This document shows, piece by piece, positions 51,150-61,420 of a stretch of DNA of 64,000 bases. Position 1 is the stretch's first letter; every line of letters starts with the position of its first letter. The stretch lies in the NCBI GenBank assembly GCA_049903315.1, contig JBNGBT010000003.1:170466-234465 (forward strand), written 5' to 3'. The notes beneath the pieces were generated by a model. It saw only the letters and a list, made by a program, of their open reading frames with translations, ran no database searches and was not told the origin of the DNA. The stretch comes from Candidatus Cloacimonadota bacterium (GTDB taxonomy: Bacteria; Cloacimonadota; Cloacimonadia; JGIOTU-2). Made by a program: the position numbers and the translations under genes.

Positions 51150-54100
51150 TGAAGTCCACCTTCATATTTTCTATGAAATGTCCATTATTTTGTAAATATC
51201 TGTAAAGATTTTTATGTGGAAATATTTTATACCGCTGCGATTCGATCCTGAGTGTACCGAAAAGTTTTGTGCGGACATTGAACACGACCCTGAAATTACC
51301 GGGATGGGTGAGTATCTGTTCTTCAATAAAATGGTTCAAATCCTTCTCAGAGTATTGCGTTTCATCTATTTCAAAAGATATGTTGCCGGAAATGTCTTTT
51401 TGCCAGTTTTCTTCGAGAATGATCTGATCAGCAACGATTGAAAGATGATCCTTGTTTTCTCTGAGCTTTGATGAAAGTTTGCCAATGACATAAATAATAT
51501 CTTTTTCTTTTATCAAGTCACCGAACTTTGTATACTCATTAGAGAAAAGCACCACTTCAAATTTATCATGCAGGTCTTCACAGGACACAAAGGCCATGGT
51601 TCTTTTCTTTTTATCTTTAATCAATTTCACTTCGTCCACTATACCGATCATCCTAACATCCTGGTTGCGTAGTTCATCACGCTTGCCGTTTTTCATACAT
51701 TTCTTATACTGCAGAGTATTTAGATTTGTAAGTGTTTTAATATCTTTCTCATAAGAAGTGAGGGGATGACCGGAAATGTAAAAACCCAGAAGTTCTTTTT
51801 CCATATCAAGACGCCTGCCGAATTCCCATTCTTTTTTATCAGGAAGGGGAGGGTAGAGATCCTGATCATTTGCCTGCAGAGATGCAAAAAGAGAAGATTG
51901 TCCTTTCTGGCGTTCCCGCAGTTTTTGAGAGCCGAATTCGAGTGCGGTTTCTACTACTGCATAAAGTTGAGTTCTCGTGCCGTCAAGATCATCAAGTGCT
52001 CCTGCTCCTATAAGACTCTCCAGCGCAGTTTTATTGAGTTGATTTGCATCTACTTTTTCGCACAACTCAAAAATATTTTTAAAGATAGGATGATTTTTTC
52101 GAGCCTCAATAATTGCACGGATTGCATTTTCTCCCAAACTCTTTATCGCTTTCAGTCCGAAAATAATTTTCCCGTCTCTGACCGTGAAATTGTAATCGCT
52201 GAAATTCACATTCGGATGAAGCACTTCTATGTTCATCTTATGGCATACTTCTATGTTCCGGGCTATCTTTGCAGCATCATTTTCTACAGTCATCAACGCA
52301 GCCATGAATTCTGCAGTGTAGTGGCATTTCAGGTATGCGGTCTGGTATGCAATCATGCTATATGCTACACTGTGAGATTTGTTAAATCCATACCTGCCGA
52401 ATGTTTCAATACGCTCAAATATCTGGATAGCTTTTTCCCTGGATATACCTTTTTTTACAGCCCCTTCGATGAAAATAGGGCGGTATTTATCCATGAGCGA
52501 TTTGTCTTTTTTGCCCATGGCTTTTCGCAGGATATCAGCTTCACTCAAAGAAAATCCTGCCAAGACATTCACGATTTGTATTACCTGCTCCTGAAAGACG
52601 ATCACCCCGTATGTTGAGCGCAGAATATCTTCAAGCATTGGGTCGAGATAATCGACCTTTTCCTCATTGTTTTTTCTGCGTATATAGACTTCGTGCATAC
52701 CGCTGTCGAGCGTACCAGGACGGTATAAAGCATTGCAGATGGCAAGGTCTTCGATAGAACTCGGCTTTATGCGTTTGAGTATTCCTCTCATTCCTGAACT
52801 TTCAAATTGGAAGACACCATCTGTTTCTGCTGTATGGAAGAGCTTGTAGGTCTCTGTGTCATGCAGGTTTATCTCGTCAATGTTGAGCTCAATGCCATGA
52901 TGCTTCTTGATAAGCTGAAGCGCTTTTTCTATGATGGTCAGGTTTTTTAATCCGAGACAATCGATTTTCAATAAACCAAGTTTTTCAAGGCATTTTCCGT
53001 CATACTGAGTAATGATGGTTTTGTCTTTCGGGCTAATTGCAAGGGGAATATGGTTGGTGAGAGTATCCGGTGCGATCACTACACCTGCTGCATGCACACC
53101 CAGATGCCTGGGCAATCCCTCAAGAGTTTTGGAATATTCCCAAAGTTCTTTATATTCATCTTTACTATTTATCAACTCACGTAACTTTTCATTTTGATCA
53201 TAAGAACTTTCAAGGTATACATCGGGACCTGTTGGGATCATTTTTGCAATTGCATCAACTTCATAGAGAGGAATGCTCATAGTCCGACCAACATCTCTGA
53301 CAACCATCTTTGCTCCAAGACTTCCAAGGGTACCGATCTGGCTGATATTATCCTGTCCATATTTTTTCAGGATATATTCGAGCACTTTTGGGCGTGTTTC
53401 ATTGGAAAAATCCGTATCGATATCAGGCATACTCACTCGTGCTGGATTGAGAAATCGTTCAAAGAAAAGATTGTACCTGATTGGATCGATCTTGGTAATG
53501 TCAATGAGGTATGCGACTATACTTCCGGCGGCAGAACCTCTTCCTGGGCCGACAGTGACTTCCATTTCCCGTGCGGCTTTAATAATATCCCACACAATAA
53601 GAAAATAGCTCCCGAATCCCATTTTTTTTATAACTGCAAGCTCATGCTCGATTCGATCTTTTATTTCATCAGTCAACTCATCATATTTTTTTTCAACTCC
53701 CTCATATACAAGCTTTCTTAAATATTCATATTCATCAGAATATCCTTCCGGAATCGTGAAGTTCGGAAAGAGGAAACCCTCATAATCCAGTTCGAGATTG
53801 CATTTATCTGCTACTTTCAGTGTGTTCTCAATTGCTTCGGGAATATCACTAAAAAGACTCTTCATTTCATTTGGACTGCGGAAGTATATCTGATCCGTAG
53901 TAAATTTCATCCGGTTGTCATCTTCCAGGATTTTTCCTGTTTGAATACACAGCAGTACATCCTGAGCTTTTGCATCGATTTTTTTTATAAAATGACAATC
54001 ATTTGTTGCCACAAGCGGAGCACCGGTTTCTTTTGAAAGTTTCCTAAGTTTTTTAATCAGGTCTTCCTCTTTATCAAGCCCAAGCCGCATAATCTCAAGG

Positions 54101-54609
54101 TAGAAATTTTCCTTTCCGAATATCTTCTGATATTTTTCTACAACAGACACTGCTTTATCGTATTTGTTTTGAAGGATCATCTGGGATACCTCACCCTGCA
54201 TGCAGCCGCTAAGCCCGAGAAGTCCTTCAGAATATTTTGTAAGCAGTTTTTTATCAATTCTCGGTCTGTAGTAATGCCCCTGTATGAAGGCAATACTGGA
54301 AAGTTTCATGAGATTGTGATACCCGATTTGATCTTTCGCAAGCAAGGTGATGTGATGACGGCTTTGCTGTTTATCCTTTTCAGATAAAATGCTTCCGTTT
54401 ATAATGTATCCTTCCATCCCAATAATGGGTTTGATGTGATGAGCTTTCGCTGTTTTGTAAAAATCGATCGCACCAAACATATTGCCATGGTCCGTCATGG
54501 CGAGTGCAGGCATTTGCCACTCGGAAGCCAGCTTCATCAGGTCGGTGATTCGGCTTGCACCATCTAAGAGACTGTACTGAGTGTGGTTGTGAAGATGGAC
54601 AAAGGACAC
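51139..54609 (-). CDS. dnaE: DNA polymerase III subunit alpha
   Basis: FVHLHNHTQYSLLDG, GPGRGSAAGS, SMPDIDTD, HAAGVVI, YGFNKSH; GTG start with AAGGAG RBS. Confidence 0.98.
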   Translation of the reverse strand: MSFVHLHNHTQYSLLDGASRITDLMKLASEWQMPALAMTDHGNMFGAIDFYKTAKAHHIKPIIGMEGYIINGSILSEKDKQQSRHHITLLAKDQIGYHNLMKLSSIAFIQGHYYRPRIDKKLLTKYSEGLLGLSGCMQGEVSQMILQNKYDKAVSVVEKYQKIFGKENFYLEIMRLGLDKEEDLIKKLRKLSKETGAPLVATNDCHFIKKIDAKAQDVLLCIQTGKILEDDNRMKFTTDQIYFRSPNEMKSLFSDIPEAIENTLKVADKCNLELDYEGFLFPNFTIPEGYSDEYEYLRKLVYEGVEKKYDELTDEIKDRIEHELAVIKKMGFGSYFLIVWDIIKAAREMEVTVGPGRGSAAGSIVAYLIDITKIDPIRYNLFFERFLNPARVSMPDIDTDFSNETRPKVLEYILKKYGQDNISQIGTLGSLGAKMVVRDVGRTMSIPLYEVDAIAKMIPTGPDVYLESSYDQNEKLRELINSKDEYKELWEYSKTLEGLPRHLGVHAAGVVIAPDTLTNHIPLAISPKDKTIITQYDGKCLEKLGLLKIDCLGLKNLTIIEKALQLIKKHHGIELNIDEINLHDTETYKLFHTAETDGVFQFESSGMRGILKRIKPSSIEDLAICNALYRPGTLDSGMHEVYIRRKNNEEKVDYLDPMLEDILRSTYGVIVFQEQVIQIVNVLAGFSLSEADILRKAMGKKDKSLMDKYRPIFIEGAVKKGISREKAIQIFERIETFGRYGFNKSHSVAYSMIAYQTAYLKCHYTAEFMAALMTVENDAAKIARNIEVCHKMNIEVLHPNVNFSDYNFTVRDGKIIFGLKAIKSLGENAIRAIIEARKNHPIFKNIFELCEKVDANQLNKTALESLIGAGALDDLDGTRTQLYAVVETALEFGSQKLRERQKGQSSLFASLQANDQDLYPPLPDKKEWEFGRRLDMEKELLGFYISGHPLTSYEKDIKTLTNLNTLQYKKCMKNGKRDELRNQDVRMIGIVDEVKLIKDKKKRTMAFVSCEDLHDKFEVVLFSNEYTKFGDLIKEKDIIYVIGKLSSKLRENKDHLSIVADQIILEENWQKDISGNISFEIDETQYSEKDLNHFIEEQILTHPGNFRVVFNVRTKLFGTLRIESQRYKIFPHKNLYRYLQNNGHFIENMKVDFNEK

Positions 54610-54645
54610 ATTTTCTCCTTAAGAATTTTGATTATTCATAGAGAT

Positions 54646-54677
54646 AAAAAAAAGGCAGTCAAATATTTTCGACTGCC
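54646..54677 (-). terminator. Rho-independent terminator after rpmA
   Basis: Minus strand reads GGCAGTC-gaaaatattt-GACTGCC followed by 8 T. Confidence 0.75.
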
Positions 54678-54706
54678 GATGTGATTTTTATATATTTCTG
54701 AAAAAT

Positions 54707-54991
54707 TTAGTTTAATTTTTCGTACACACTCACCTGACGGGTTCGTTTTCTTGTCGTGCGGAAACCTGTAAATCGATAGGGCTCGAATTTCACAAAACCA
54801 TCTATAAGTGCATATATTGTAAAATCGTTCCCAAGACCTACATTTTTACCAGGATGTATCTTTGTGCCTTTTTGACGAACGATGATATTTCCCTTTTCGA
54901 CAAATTGTCCGGCATATTTCTTCACACCAAGATATTTTGGATTACTATCTCTTCCGTTTTGAGTGCTGCCTACACCTTTTTTATGTGCCAT
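54707..54991 (-). CDS. rpmA: 50S ribosomal protein L27
   Basis: [35 protein letters not shown]. Confidence 0.98.
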   Translation of the reverse strand: MAHKKGVGSTQNGRDSNPKYLGVKKYAGQFVEKGNIIVRQKGTKIHPGKNVGLGNDFTIYALIDGFVKFEPYRFTGFRTTRKRTRQVSVYEKLN

Positions 54992-54999
54992 GATATCCT

Positions 55000-55317
55000 C
55001 TAATTAATAATTATATCTTTAATCTTTATTTCCGTAAAATCCTGACGATGTCCTTGTTTTCGACTGTAACTTTTACGTTTCTTTTTCTTGAAAACAATAA
55101 TCTTTCTGTCTTTTCCATGACCAAGTACTTCAGCGATCACTTTGGCTCCTTTTACAGAAGGTTTGCCAATATGTGTCTTGTTGTCATCATCGAGAAGTAA
55201 AAGGGAATCGATCTCAATTTCCGAGCCGATCTCTTTGTCTTCAAGATATGCAACATGAAGGACATCATCTTTTTGAACTTTTTGCTGCTGCCCTTTAAAA
55301 TCTATTATTGCGTACAT
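55000..55317 (-). CDS. rplU: 50S ribosomal protein L21
   Basis: [30 protein letters not shown]; AAGGAG RBS before ATG 55317. Confidence 0.97.
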   Translation of the reverse strand: MYAIIDFKGQQQKVQKDDVLHVAYLEDKEIGSEIEIDSLLLLDDDNKTHIGKPSVKGAKVIAEVLGHGKDRKIIVFKKKKRKSYSRKQGHRQDFTEIKIKDIIIN

Positions 55318-55367
55318 CTCTAACTCCTTATAATTAGGAACTGCAAACTTCCAATGCACTTTTTGTG

Positions 55368-55373
55368 TGTCAA
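55368..55373 (-). promoter_or_regulatory. TTGACA -35-like box upstream of rplU-rpmA
   Basis: Perfect TTGACA on the minus strand 50 bp before the rplU ATG. Confidence 0.5.
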
Positions 55374-55391
55374 GTTTTATGAAGTTTTACA

Positions 55392-56900
55392 CTACACCTG
55401 ATATAGATCGGTAATATCCTTCTTTGATTTGGATGAAATAATTTTATAATCAGTGATTCTCATCTCTCCATCAAGACTGAATTTCCATGTAAATGGGTAC
55501 TCTGCTTTGATGACCGGTTTTTTTTCCAGAATATATTCATAAACCCATGGATGAATGTGTATTTCAAGCTCATCTTTCGAGTGATATTTTGCTGCACGAT
55601 CCATCCATCGGAAAATATTATCGAGAATACTGATGCGTGACAGCACCCGTCCCGTACTCTGGCAACTGGGGCACTGTTCATAGAAATTGGAAAGCATGTT
55701 TGACTTTGCGCGTTTTCGGGTCATTTCAACCATATTCAAAGGGCTGGAGGAAAATATTTTATTCGGACAGTAGTCCTTACTCATTTCTTCTCGGAAAGTT
55801 TGAAGTACCTTCAGGCGGTTCTCCGGTTTGTACATATCGATAAAATCAATAAAGATCATACCTGTAAGGTCCTGCAGACGGATCTGGCGCGCAACCTCTT
55901 TGGACGCTTCAATGTTTGTGAGTGTCACAGTATTTTCAAGACTTTTATTGCCGACGAAACTGCCTGTATTTACATCAATGGAGACGAGGGCTTCTGTCTG
56001 CTGTATGACAATAAAACCGCCGCTATCAAGATATATTCTGGAGCGGAATATCTTGGAAAGTTCTTTCTCGATCCCATAGGCGTCGAATATATTTGCATCT
56101 TCTCGATACAATCTGATTTTTTTTATCAGATCAGGAGCGATCATTTTCAGCCGTTTAATAATATTTGCTCTCACCTTTTTTGAATCTATGATCACTTTAT
56201 CTATATTTTTGTGAATAAGATCCCTGATGATGGTCGAAGTGAGGTCATTATCGTTATAAATGCAGGTTGGATTGGGTGAGTCTTTGAATTTTTGCTGAAT
56301 CTCATGCCATGTTTTTTTGAGATTTCTATATTCTTTTTTAAATTCCTGCTCAGTATGATACTCCGCAAAAGTTCTGACTATGAGTCCGACATCCTTTTCT
56401 TTTAAATCTGAAAAAATATGTTTTAGGCGACGTTTTTCTTTGCTTGAACTTATTTTTCTGGAGATGGCTATATAATTTTTATTTGGCATATATACCATGA
56501 AGCGTCCGGGTATCGATATCTCTCCTGTGAGCCGTGCGCCTTTTTTAGAAATAGGTGCTTTTTCCACTTCAACCATTACTTCCTGACCGCTTTCGAGGAG
56601 TTCACCCATCTTATAAATATCGTTCTTGATCTCTTTCAGGCTGGAATCATCGATTTCTTCGAGGTCCATAAAATCAGGAACCGCATCGCGGAAATGCAGC
56701 AGGGCTGTTCGTTCCAAACCGATATCAATGAAGCTAGCGCCCATTCCAGGGACGTTATCTTTTACAATTCCCTTGTAGATATTACCTACAATTTCATTCT
56801 GGTCTTCTCGGTGTATAAATAGCTCTACAAGTTTGTTGTTTTCAAGAAACGCCATTCGATTGGCAAAAGTGCTGATGTTGACTACTAATTCACTTTTCAT
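55392..56900 (-). CDS. rng: Rne/Rng family ribonuclease (RNase G-like)
   Basis: GNIYKG S1 domain, KGARLT, IDVNTG, IFIDFIDM, EMTRKR, CxxC; no long C-terminal scaffold. Confidence 0.9.
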   Translation of the reverse strand: MKSELVVNISTFANRMAFLENNKLVELFIHREDQNEIVGNIYKGIVKDNVPGMGASFIDIGLERTALLHFRDAVPDFMDLEEIDDSSLKEIKNDIYKMGELLESGQEVMVEVEKAPISKKGARLTGEISIPGRFMVYMPNKNYIAISRKISSSKEKRRLKHIFSDLKEKDVGLIVRTFAEYHTEQEFKKEYRNLKKTWHEIQQKFKDSPNPTCIYNDNDLTSTIIRDLIHKNIDKVIIDSKKVRANIIKRLKMIAPDLIKKIRLYREDANIFDAYGIEKELSKIFRSRIYLDSGGFIVIQQTEALVSIDVNTGSFVGNKSLENTVTLTNIEASKEVARQIRLQDLTGMIFIDFIDMYKPENRLKVLQTFREEMSKDYCPNKIFSSSPLNMVEMTRKRAKSNMLSNFYEQCPSCQSTGRVLSRISILDNIFRWMDRAAKYHSKDELEIHIHPWVYEYILEKKPVIKAEYPFTWKFSLDGEMRITDYKIISSKSKKDITDLYQV

Positions 56901-56930
56901 GAAAAAAGCCTCCAAAAAATAAATAAAAAA

Positions 56931-59393
56931 TTAATACAGTTCGATTCTTTCTATATAAAAAGTTCCAATTTGCTCTTGTGAATAAAGAAAAGCCCTCTCA
57001 AGGATTTCAAAAATGTTTAGTCCTAATTTTTTAAAAATGTCGACACCATTTGATAACAGTTTCACTTTCACAAAATACTCGCTTAAAAATATTTCTTTAT
57101 TCTTTCTTTCCGAATAAAAATGTATATCCTGAAAACTTAATATCTTTTGCCAATCAATTGATTTATCATCAGAAGTTATTCGTATATGCTCCCCTGTTAA
57201 ACGCATCTTATAAGAAGAGCCCATATACGCAACTTCTTTGAGAACCAGATCTTTTGGCAGATTCACGTCAAGTTTTTTCCTTATTTCCTCTTCATTAATT
57301 ATATTAAGTAGTGAAAAAGAAAAAATTTCCTTTCTTCCAGCCATCCCGAGGCTGAGGGGAGGACCAAAAGATATTTTTGGATGGCGATTAAAACCCTCCG
57401 TATGATAGACAGGCAAAGAACTCTTCCTAAGAATTGTATAAACGAGAGCGGAGAGCTCTTTGTGGGAAATAAAGCGCAACTTGTCGCCCTTTTCATATAC
57501 AACCTTGTATACGAATCGAGAATTAACTTCTTGGATTATTGGGTGAAGTTGCGGGGTATCAATAATTGGAATTGGAGTTTCCTTTGTATAAATTGGCGAC
57601 ATATTATTACATATTCCACACTGTGAACATTCACCATCTCTGCAATCCTCAGTTAAGATGTACTGTTTGGATTTATTATACTCTTCAACAAAAAAATCCT
57701 TTTTGATTCCACAGTCAATATGATCCCAGGGAAGAGCTGAATCAACAGGAATTTCATCGTAATATTTATTAAGATCGATGCCTGTTGTCTCTGCAGATTT
57801 TTCCCACAATGAATAATCAAAAGAGGTATTCCATGCATCGAATTGTGCACCATTTTTATAAGCTTCGTAAATGAGGTTACCAACTATCCTGTCACCTCGT
57901 GCAATAACAACTTCAAGCTTAGATTGCTCAATCGTATGATATTTGATCGTGATCTTTTTAGTTTTTGAAAAATAATGTTTTATAAGCGATACCTTATACA
58001 GAAATTCTTCTGTTGAATCTTGTCGGCACCACTGAAAAGGCGTATGAGGTTTTGGTACAAATGGCGCTATGCTGACATTTATCTTTGCAATTCTTTTAGG
58101 ATTTACTGCATACATTTTTTCAATGAGCGTTATAATCGACTCAATATCATCTTCTGTTTCTCCAGGAAGTCCTACCATGAAATATAGTTTGATAGAGCGA
58201 ATCCCAAGATTTAGAGCATTTGCGACTGAGGTGAGAATTTCTTCCTCGCTGATATTTTTATTAATACTGTCTCTGAGCCGTTGAGAACCGGCTTCCGGTG
58301 CGAGTGTAATTGTCTTACCAAGTATCTTCGCAAGCTTGGGTTGAAAACTATCATCAAACGTATCGATTCTTAAAGAGGGCAAAGAGATCGTGATGTTCGA
58401 TTTTGGAAGCGTCTGCATAAGAGAAGAAAGGAGCGGTTGGATCGCAGAATAATCTGAAGTGGAAAGTGAGTTTAAAGAAATCTCTTCCCATCCGTTGACC
58501 GCAATATCATCATAAATTTGCTTTTCCAACAAACTGCAATCCCGCTCTCTCACAGGACGGTAGATCATGCCTGCCTGGCAAAAACGGCAGCCGCGTGCAC
58601 ATCCTCTCATTATCTCAAATGCAGGTCTGCGATGCACTATGTCTATTATCGGCATCAATTGAGGAGAGTGCATTTTGTTTGGAACGTTAAAATCTTTGAA
58701 AAACCTTCGTGTAATTCTCGTGGGCACATCAACTTGCTTTGGCATGATATACGTTCCCGAATCATCGCTCATTTGCATGTAAAAAAACGGGACATAGATG
58801 CCCTGAATTTGAGAAAGGAGATGTAATTTTTTATCTCTTGATTCCAACTTATTTTGTCTGAGGAGTTCTACAATTTCCAGTATCACATCCTCGCCGTCAC
58901 CGATAACAAATGCATCAATAAAGTAAGATAAAGGTTCAGGATTGTATACTCCGGGACCTCCTGCAATGACGATCGGGTCTGATTCAGTTCTTTCTGCGGA
59001 CAATATTGGAATTTGTGCAAGATCGAGCATTAAAAGGATATTGGTGCAGGAAAGTTCATACTGAAGAGTGAATCCAAGAATATCGAAATCTTTCAATGGA
59101 ACACTATCTTCAATTGAAAAGAGAGGAATAGATTTTTCCCTCAATAATTTTATAAGGTCGACATCCGGCGCATACACTCTGTCTGCTGCAAAATGTTTAT
59201 CATTATTAATTATAGAGTAAAGAATTTTGAGCCCAAGATGGGACATGCCGACTTCATAAAGGTCGGGAAATGCAAGTGCTATATTGAAATATTGTTCAGA
59301 TATTTTTTTCTTTTTAGTATTGTGCTCGTTGTTTGTGTATCGTCCCGGTCTTTTAAGAAAATAGAGGTATTTCGTAATATCGATTGTGCGCAC
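56931..59393 (-). CDS. TIGR03960-type radical SAM protein fused to a TIGR03936/DUF2344-like domain
   Basis: FPDLYEVGMSHLG, RGCARGCRFCQAG, APEAGSQRLR, FVPKPHTPFQW; C-terminal RFISH..GFNRHPKISFGPPL. Confidence 0.88.
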   Translation of the reverse strand: MRTIDITKYLYFLKRPGRYTNNEHNTKKKKISEQYFNIALAFPDLYEVGMSHLGLKILYSIINNDKHFAADRVYAPDVDLIKLLREKSIPLFSIEDSVPLKDFDILGFTLQYELSCTNILLMLDLAQIPILSAERTESDPIVIAGGPGVYNPEPLSYFIDAFVIGDGEDVILEIVELLRQNKLESRDKKLHLLSQIQGIYVPFFYMQMSDDSGTYIMPKQVDVPTRITRRFFKDFNVPNKMHSPQLMPIIDIVHRRPAFEIMRGCARGCRFCQAGMIYRPVRERDCSLLEKQIYDDIAVNGWEEISLNSLSTSDYSAIQPLLSSLMQTLPKSNITISLPSLRIDTFDDSFQPKLAKILGKTITLAPEAGSQRLRDSINKNISEEEILTSVANALNLGIRSIKLYFMVGLPGETEDDIESIITLIEKMYAVNPKRIAKINVSIAPFVPKPHTPFQWCRQDSTEEFLYKVSLIKHYFSKTKKITIKYHTIEQSKLEVVIARGDRIVGNLIYEAYKNGAQFDAWNTSFDYSLWEKSAETTGIDLNKYYDEIPVDSALPWDHIDCGIKKDFFVEEYNKSKQYILTEDCRDGECSQCGICNNMSPIYTKETPIPIIDTPQLHPIIQEVNSRFVYKVVYEKGDKLRFISHKELSALVYTILRKSSLPVYHTEGFNRHPKISFGPPLSLGMAGRKEIFSFSLLNIINEEEIRKKLDVNLPKDLVLKEVAYMGSSYKMRLTGEHIRITSDDKSIDWQKILSFQDIHFYSERKNKEIFLSEYFVKVKLLSNGVDIFKKLGLNIFEILERAFLYSQEQIGTFYIERIELY

Positions 59394-59411
59394 ATCATTC
59401 CTTGCTGTGAA

Positions 59412-60032
59412 TTACCTGTTTTTCACATAACTCGGGAATACATGCCACGGTACATCTTTCCCTTTCAGGATATATTTTTTGTAAAAATCCTCTTTTTTAT
59501 AAGAATATAATTGGGTTTGTTCCAAGTCGCCATCATTGCCGAGCATATTTGTGCTGTCTTGAGCTGCGAGGACTATGCTTTTATCCTCAAACAGGTCGCG
59601 GTGCAAAACTCCTTTTTTCTGGAGATTTAAACCAATAACAAAGAGCACCACAAAGATCACTACAAGCGCAGTTAATTTAAAAAAAACTTTTGGAATTAGA
59701 ACTTTTTTTGCGTTTTCCTTTGATATTTTCGCAAATGGCGTATGCTGTTTTTTCTCTTTAGGAGCATATTGCTCTTTGTAGAGATTCATGGTTTTATCAA
59801 TACTGGCTCCGATATAACGGGCATAATTCAGAATATGCATCCGTGCAAACCTGATATCGAGCAATTCGTGAAGTGAATCATTCTCGATTGCATCCAGAAA
59901 CTGGATCTTGATCATGGTTTTCTCATGCACATCTTCAAGAGATATATTCTTGAAAATTCTGAATGCTTTGAGGTATCCCCCAATGGTTTCAGATGATTGC
60001 TTCTCTTCTTTTTCCGAAAATTTTAATGCCAT
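59412..60032 (-). CDS. RodZ-like HTH membrane protein
   Basis: IGGYLKAFR..SLEDV..IKIQFLDAIEN..YARYIG HTH followed by one TM. Confidence 0.75.
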   Translation of the reverse strand: MALKFSEKEEKQSSETIGGYLKAFRIFKNISLEDVHEKTMIKIQFLDAIENDSLHELLDIRFARMHILNYARYIGASIDKTMNLYKEQYAPKEKKQHTPFAKISKENAKKVLIPKVFFKLTALVVIFVVLFVIGLNLQKKGVLHRDLFEDKSIVLAAQDSTNMLGNDGDLEQTQLYSYKKEDFYKKYILKGKDVPWHVFPSYVKNR

Positions 60033-60041
60033 TAAAATCCT

Positions 60042-60398
60042 TTATTTCCACAGTACATACATCATCAACGAACCTGCGACATTGCAGGCAATATCTTTAT
60101 AACTAAAATGCTGTCCCCGAACTTTATCGTCAAAAATTTCTTTAAATATTCCGTATAAAGTTGTCAGACTAAATGCCCAGGTCCTGCTTATTCCTGATTT
60201 TATGTGCCCTGCGTTTTTCAATGTCTCGTACTGCCAGCAGTACACAAAAGCCGAAGAAAGAAAATGCGAGTATGAATCATGAGCTAGAAGAGGTTCATCG
60301 AAAAGCTTCAACGGTTCTGCTTCAAGGTGTAGAGGACAAAAACATATTGCCAATAAAACCAGAGATATTACAAGAAATCTCATGCAGAAGAATATCAT
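60042..60398 (-). CDS. Small YfiM/DUF2279-like membrane protein
   Basis: HF..S, GIFKEIFD and FSYKDIACNVAG pattern. The start could be 60383. Confidence 0.6.
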   Translation of the reverse strand: MIFFCMRFLVISLVLLAICFCPLHLEAEPLKLFDEPLLAHDSYSHFLSSAFVYCWQYETLKNAGHIKSGISRTWAFSLTTLYGIFKEIFDDKVRGQHFSYKDIACNVAGSLMMYVLWK

Positions 60399-60491
60399 TT
60401 CTCAAATTTTTCTGTCAAAATATCGTTCATTTATACCTGGATCGGATAGGTTATAAAAAAGGTTCGGTAAAAATTCATTCATACTAAAAAT

Positions 60492-60526
60492 AAAAGAATT
60501 GCTGCTCTCGGGCACACAATTCTTTT
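60492..60526. terminator. Putative bidirectional terminator hairpin downstream of the pilin gene
   Basis: AAAAGAATTG-(c)TGC(tctcgg)GCA(ca)-CAATTCTTTT inverted repeat. Confidence 0.6.
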
Positions 60527-60549
60527 GTCGAAATAAATATTCAAAAAGT

Positions 60550-60954
60550 TTAGGGCAACCAACTCTTATCGATCACATCTTCGGCGTTTTCAACTGACCA
60601 ATAGTCTTTTTCAAAATTATAAATGATCTTTGCGCCGGCTTTTCCGAATTTGGGCGTTGTGACTGCTATGACGGTTGTGTCTGTAAGTTCAAAATCGAAA
60701 TAAAATTTGTTTTCGAGCTCGTTGGTGAGATTGAGCATGGTTATGTCAAATGCATTATAGCCTTGTTCTGCATTGAACGCTTCGTTCGCTTGCAAAATGA
60801 TTTCAAAAGTTGGGAAAACCTCGAGGTTCATTCGATCTTTATTTCGTTTTTCTCCAATTGCAGGGAAAACGAGGATCACGATTATACCCACGATCAGTAT
60901 AACCATCAAAACTTCTATCAATGTCGCCTTTTTTGCAGGATCTTGCTGTGCCAT
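60550..60954 (-). CDS. Type IV pilin / pseudopilin-like protein
   Basis: TLIEVLMVILIVGII hydrophobic N-terminus with E+5; GGAGG RBS. Confidence 0.75.
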   Translation of the reverse strand: MAQQDPAKKATLIEVLMVILIVGIIVILVFPAIGEKRNKDRMNLEVFPTFEIILQANEAFNAEQGYNAFDITMLNLTNELENKFYFDFELTDTTVIAVTTPKFGKAGAKIIYNFEKDYWSVENAEDVIDKSWLP

Positions 60955-61154
60955 CGCACCTCCAATTTGGTTATAAAATTTGGAAATACGCTTTGGGTTG
61001 TCAAAATATTTGTAAATGAAAGAGATTATTGTTCAAATTCTTGAATTTAACAAATCACAGAATTGCTATAAGAAATCATGTGGTTCGTCCCCTATATTAT
61101 AAAGAAATATTGACTCACCATTCTAGTCTGTCTTGGTGTAATGATATGAAAGCG

Positions 61155-61190
61155 GATGTTGAGTACGCAAGAATGGAATCTAACGTTACT
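61155..61190. repeat. Degenerate second copy of the REP-like element
   Basis: 31/36 identical to the reverse complement of 33817-33852, with the first 18 bp (GATGTTGAGTACGCAAGA) identical. Confidence 0.65.
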
Positions 61191-61420
61191 AAATACTATA
61201 TTCTCATTTTCTCTATGATCTATGTGGTTTCAATCAGTATAACTAATACACTTTCGCACCGAAATCCCAACCCGAACTTCAAGCTGGCGGATGTAGACCA
61301 GGTCGATTTAGAGGTGCTTTTCCTGGTTAAAATATTTACTTTGGCAGACTTCCAAAAACACAAATTAATTGACACAAAATTCCAATGGCCGCATTCGTAT
61401 TTCATCTTAATCAATAAAAT

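Noticed and set aside
51766-52617. 283-aa plus-strand ORF, and many other antisense ORFs in the track
   Set aside because: These are shadows of well-supported opposite-strand genes (here dnaE) with no recognisable motifs.
51139-54609. Possible intein in DnaE
   Set aside because: The length (1156 aa) is normal, and no insertion or intein terminal motifs are seen.
54707-59393. Radical SAM fusion-rng-rplU-rpmA as a novel system
   Set aside because: This is a well-known conserved neighbourhood. L27 starts MAHKK with no N-terminal extension, so the absence of the Prp protease gene is expected.
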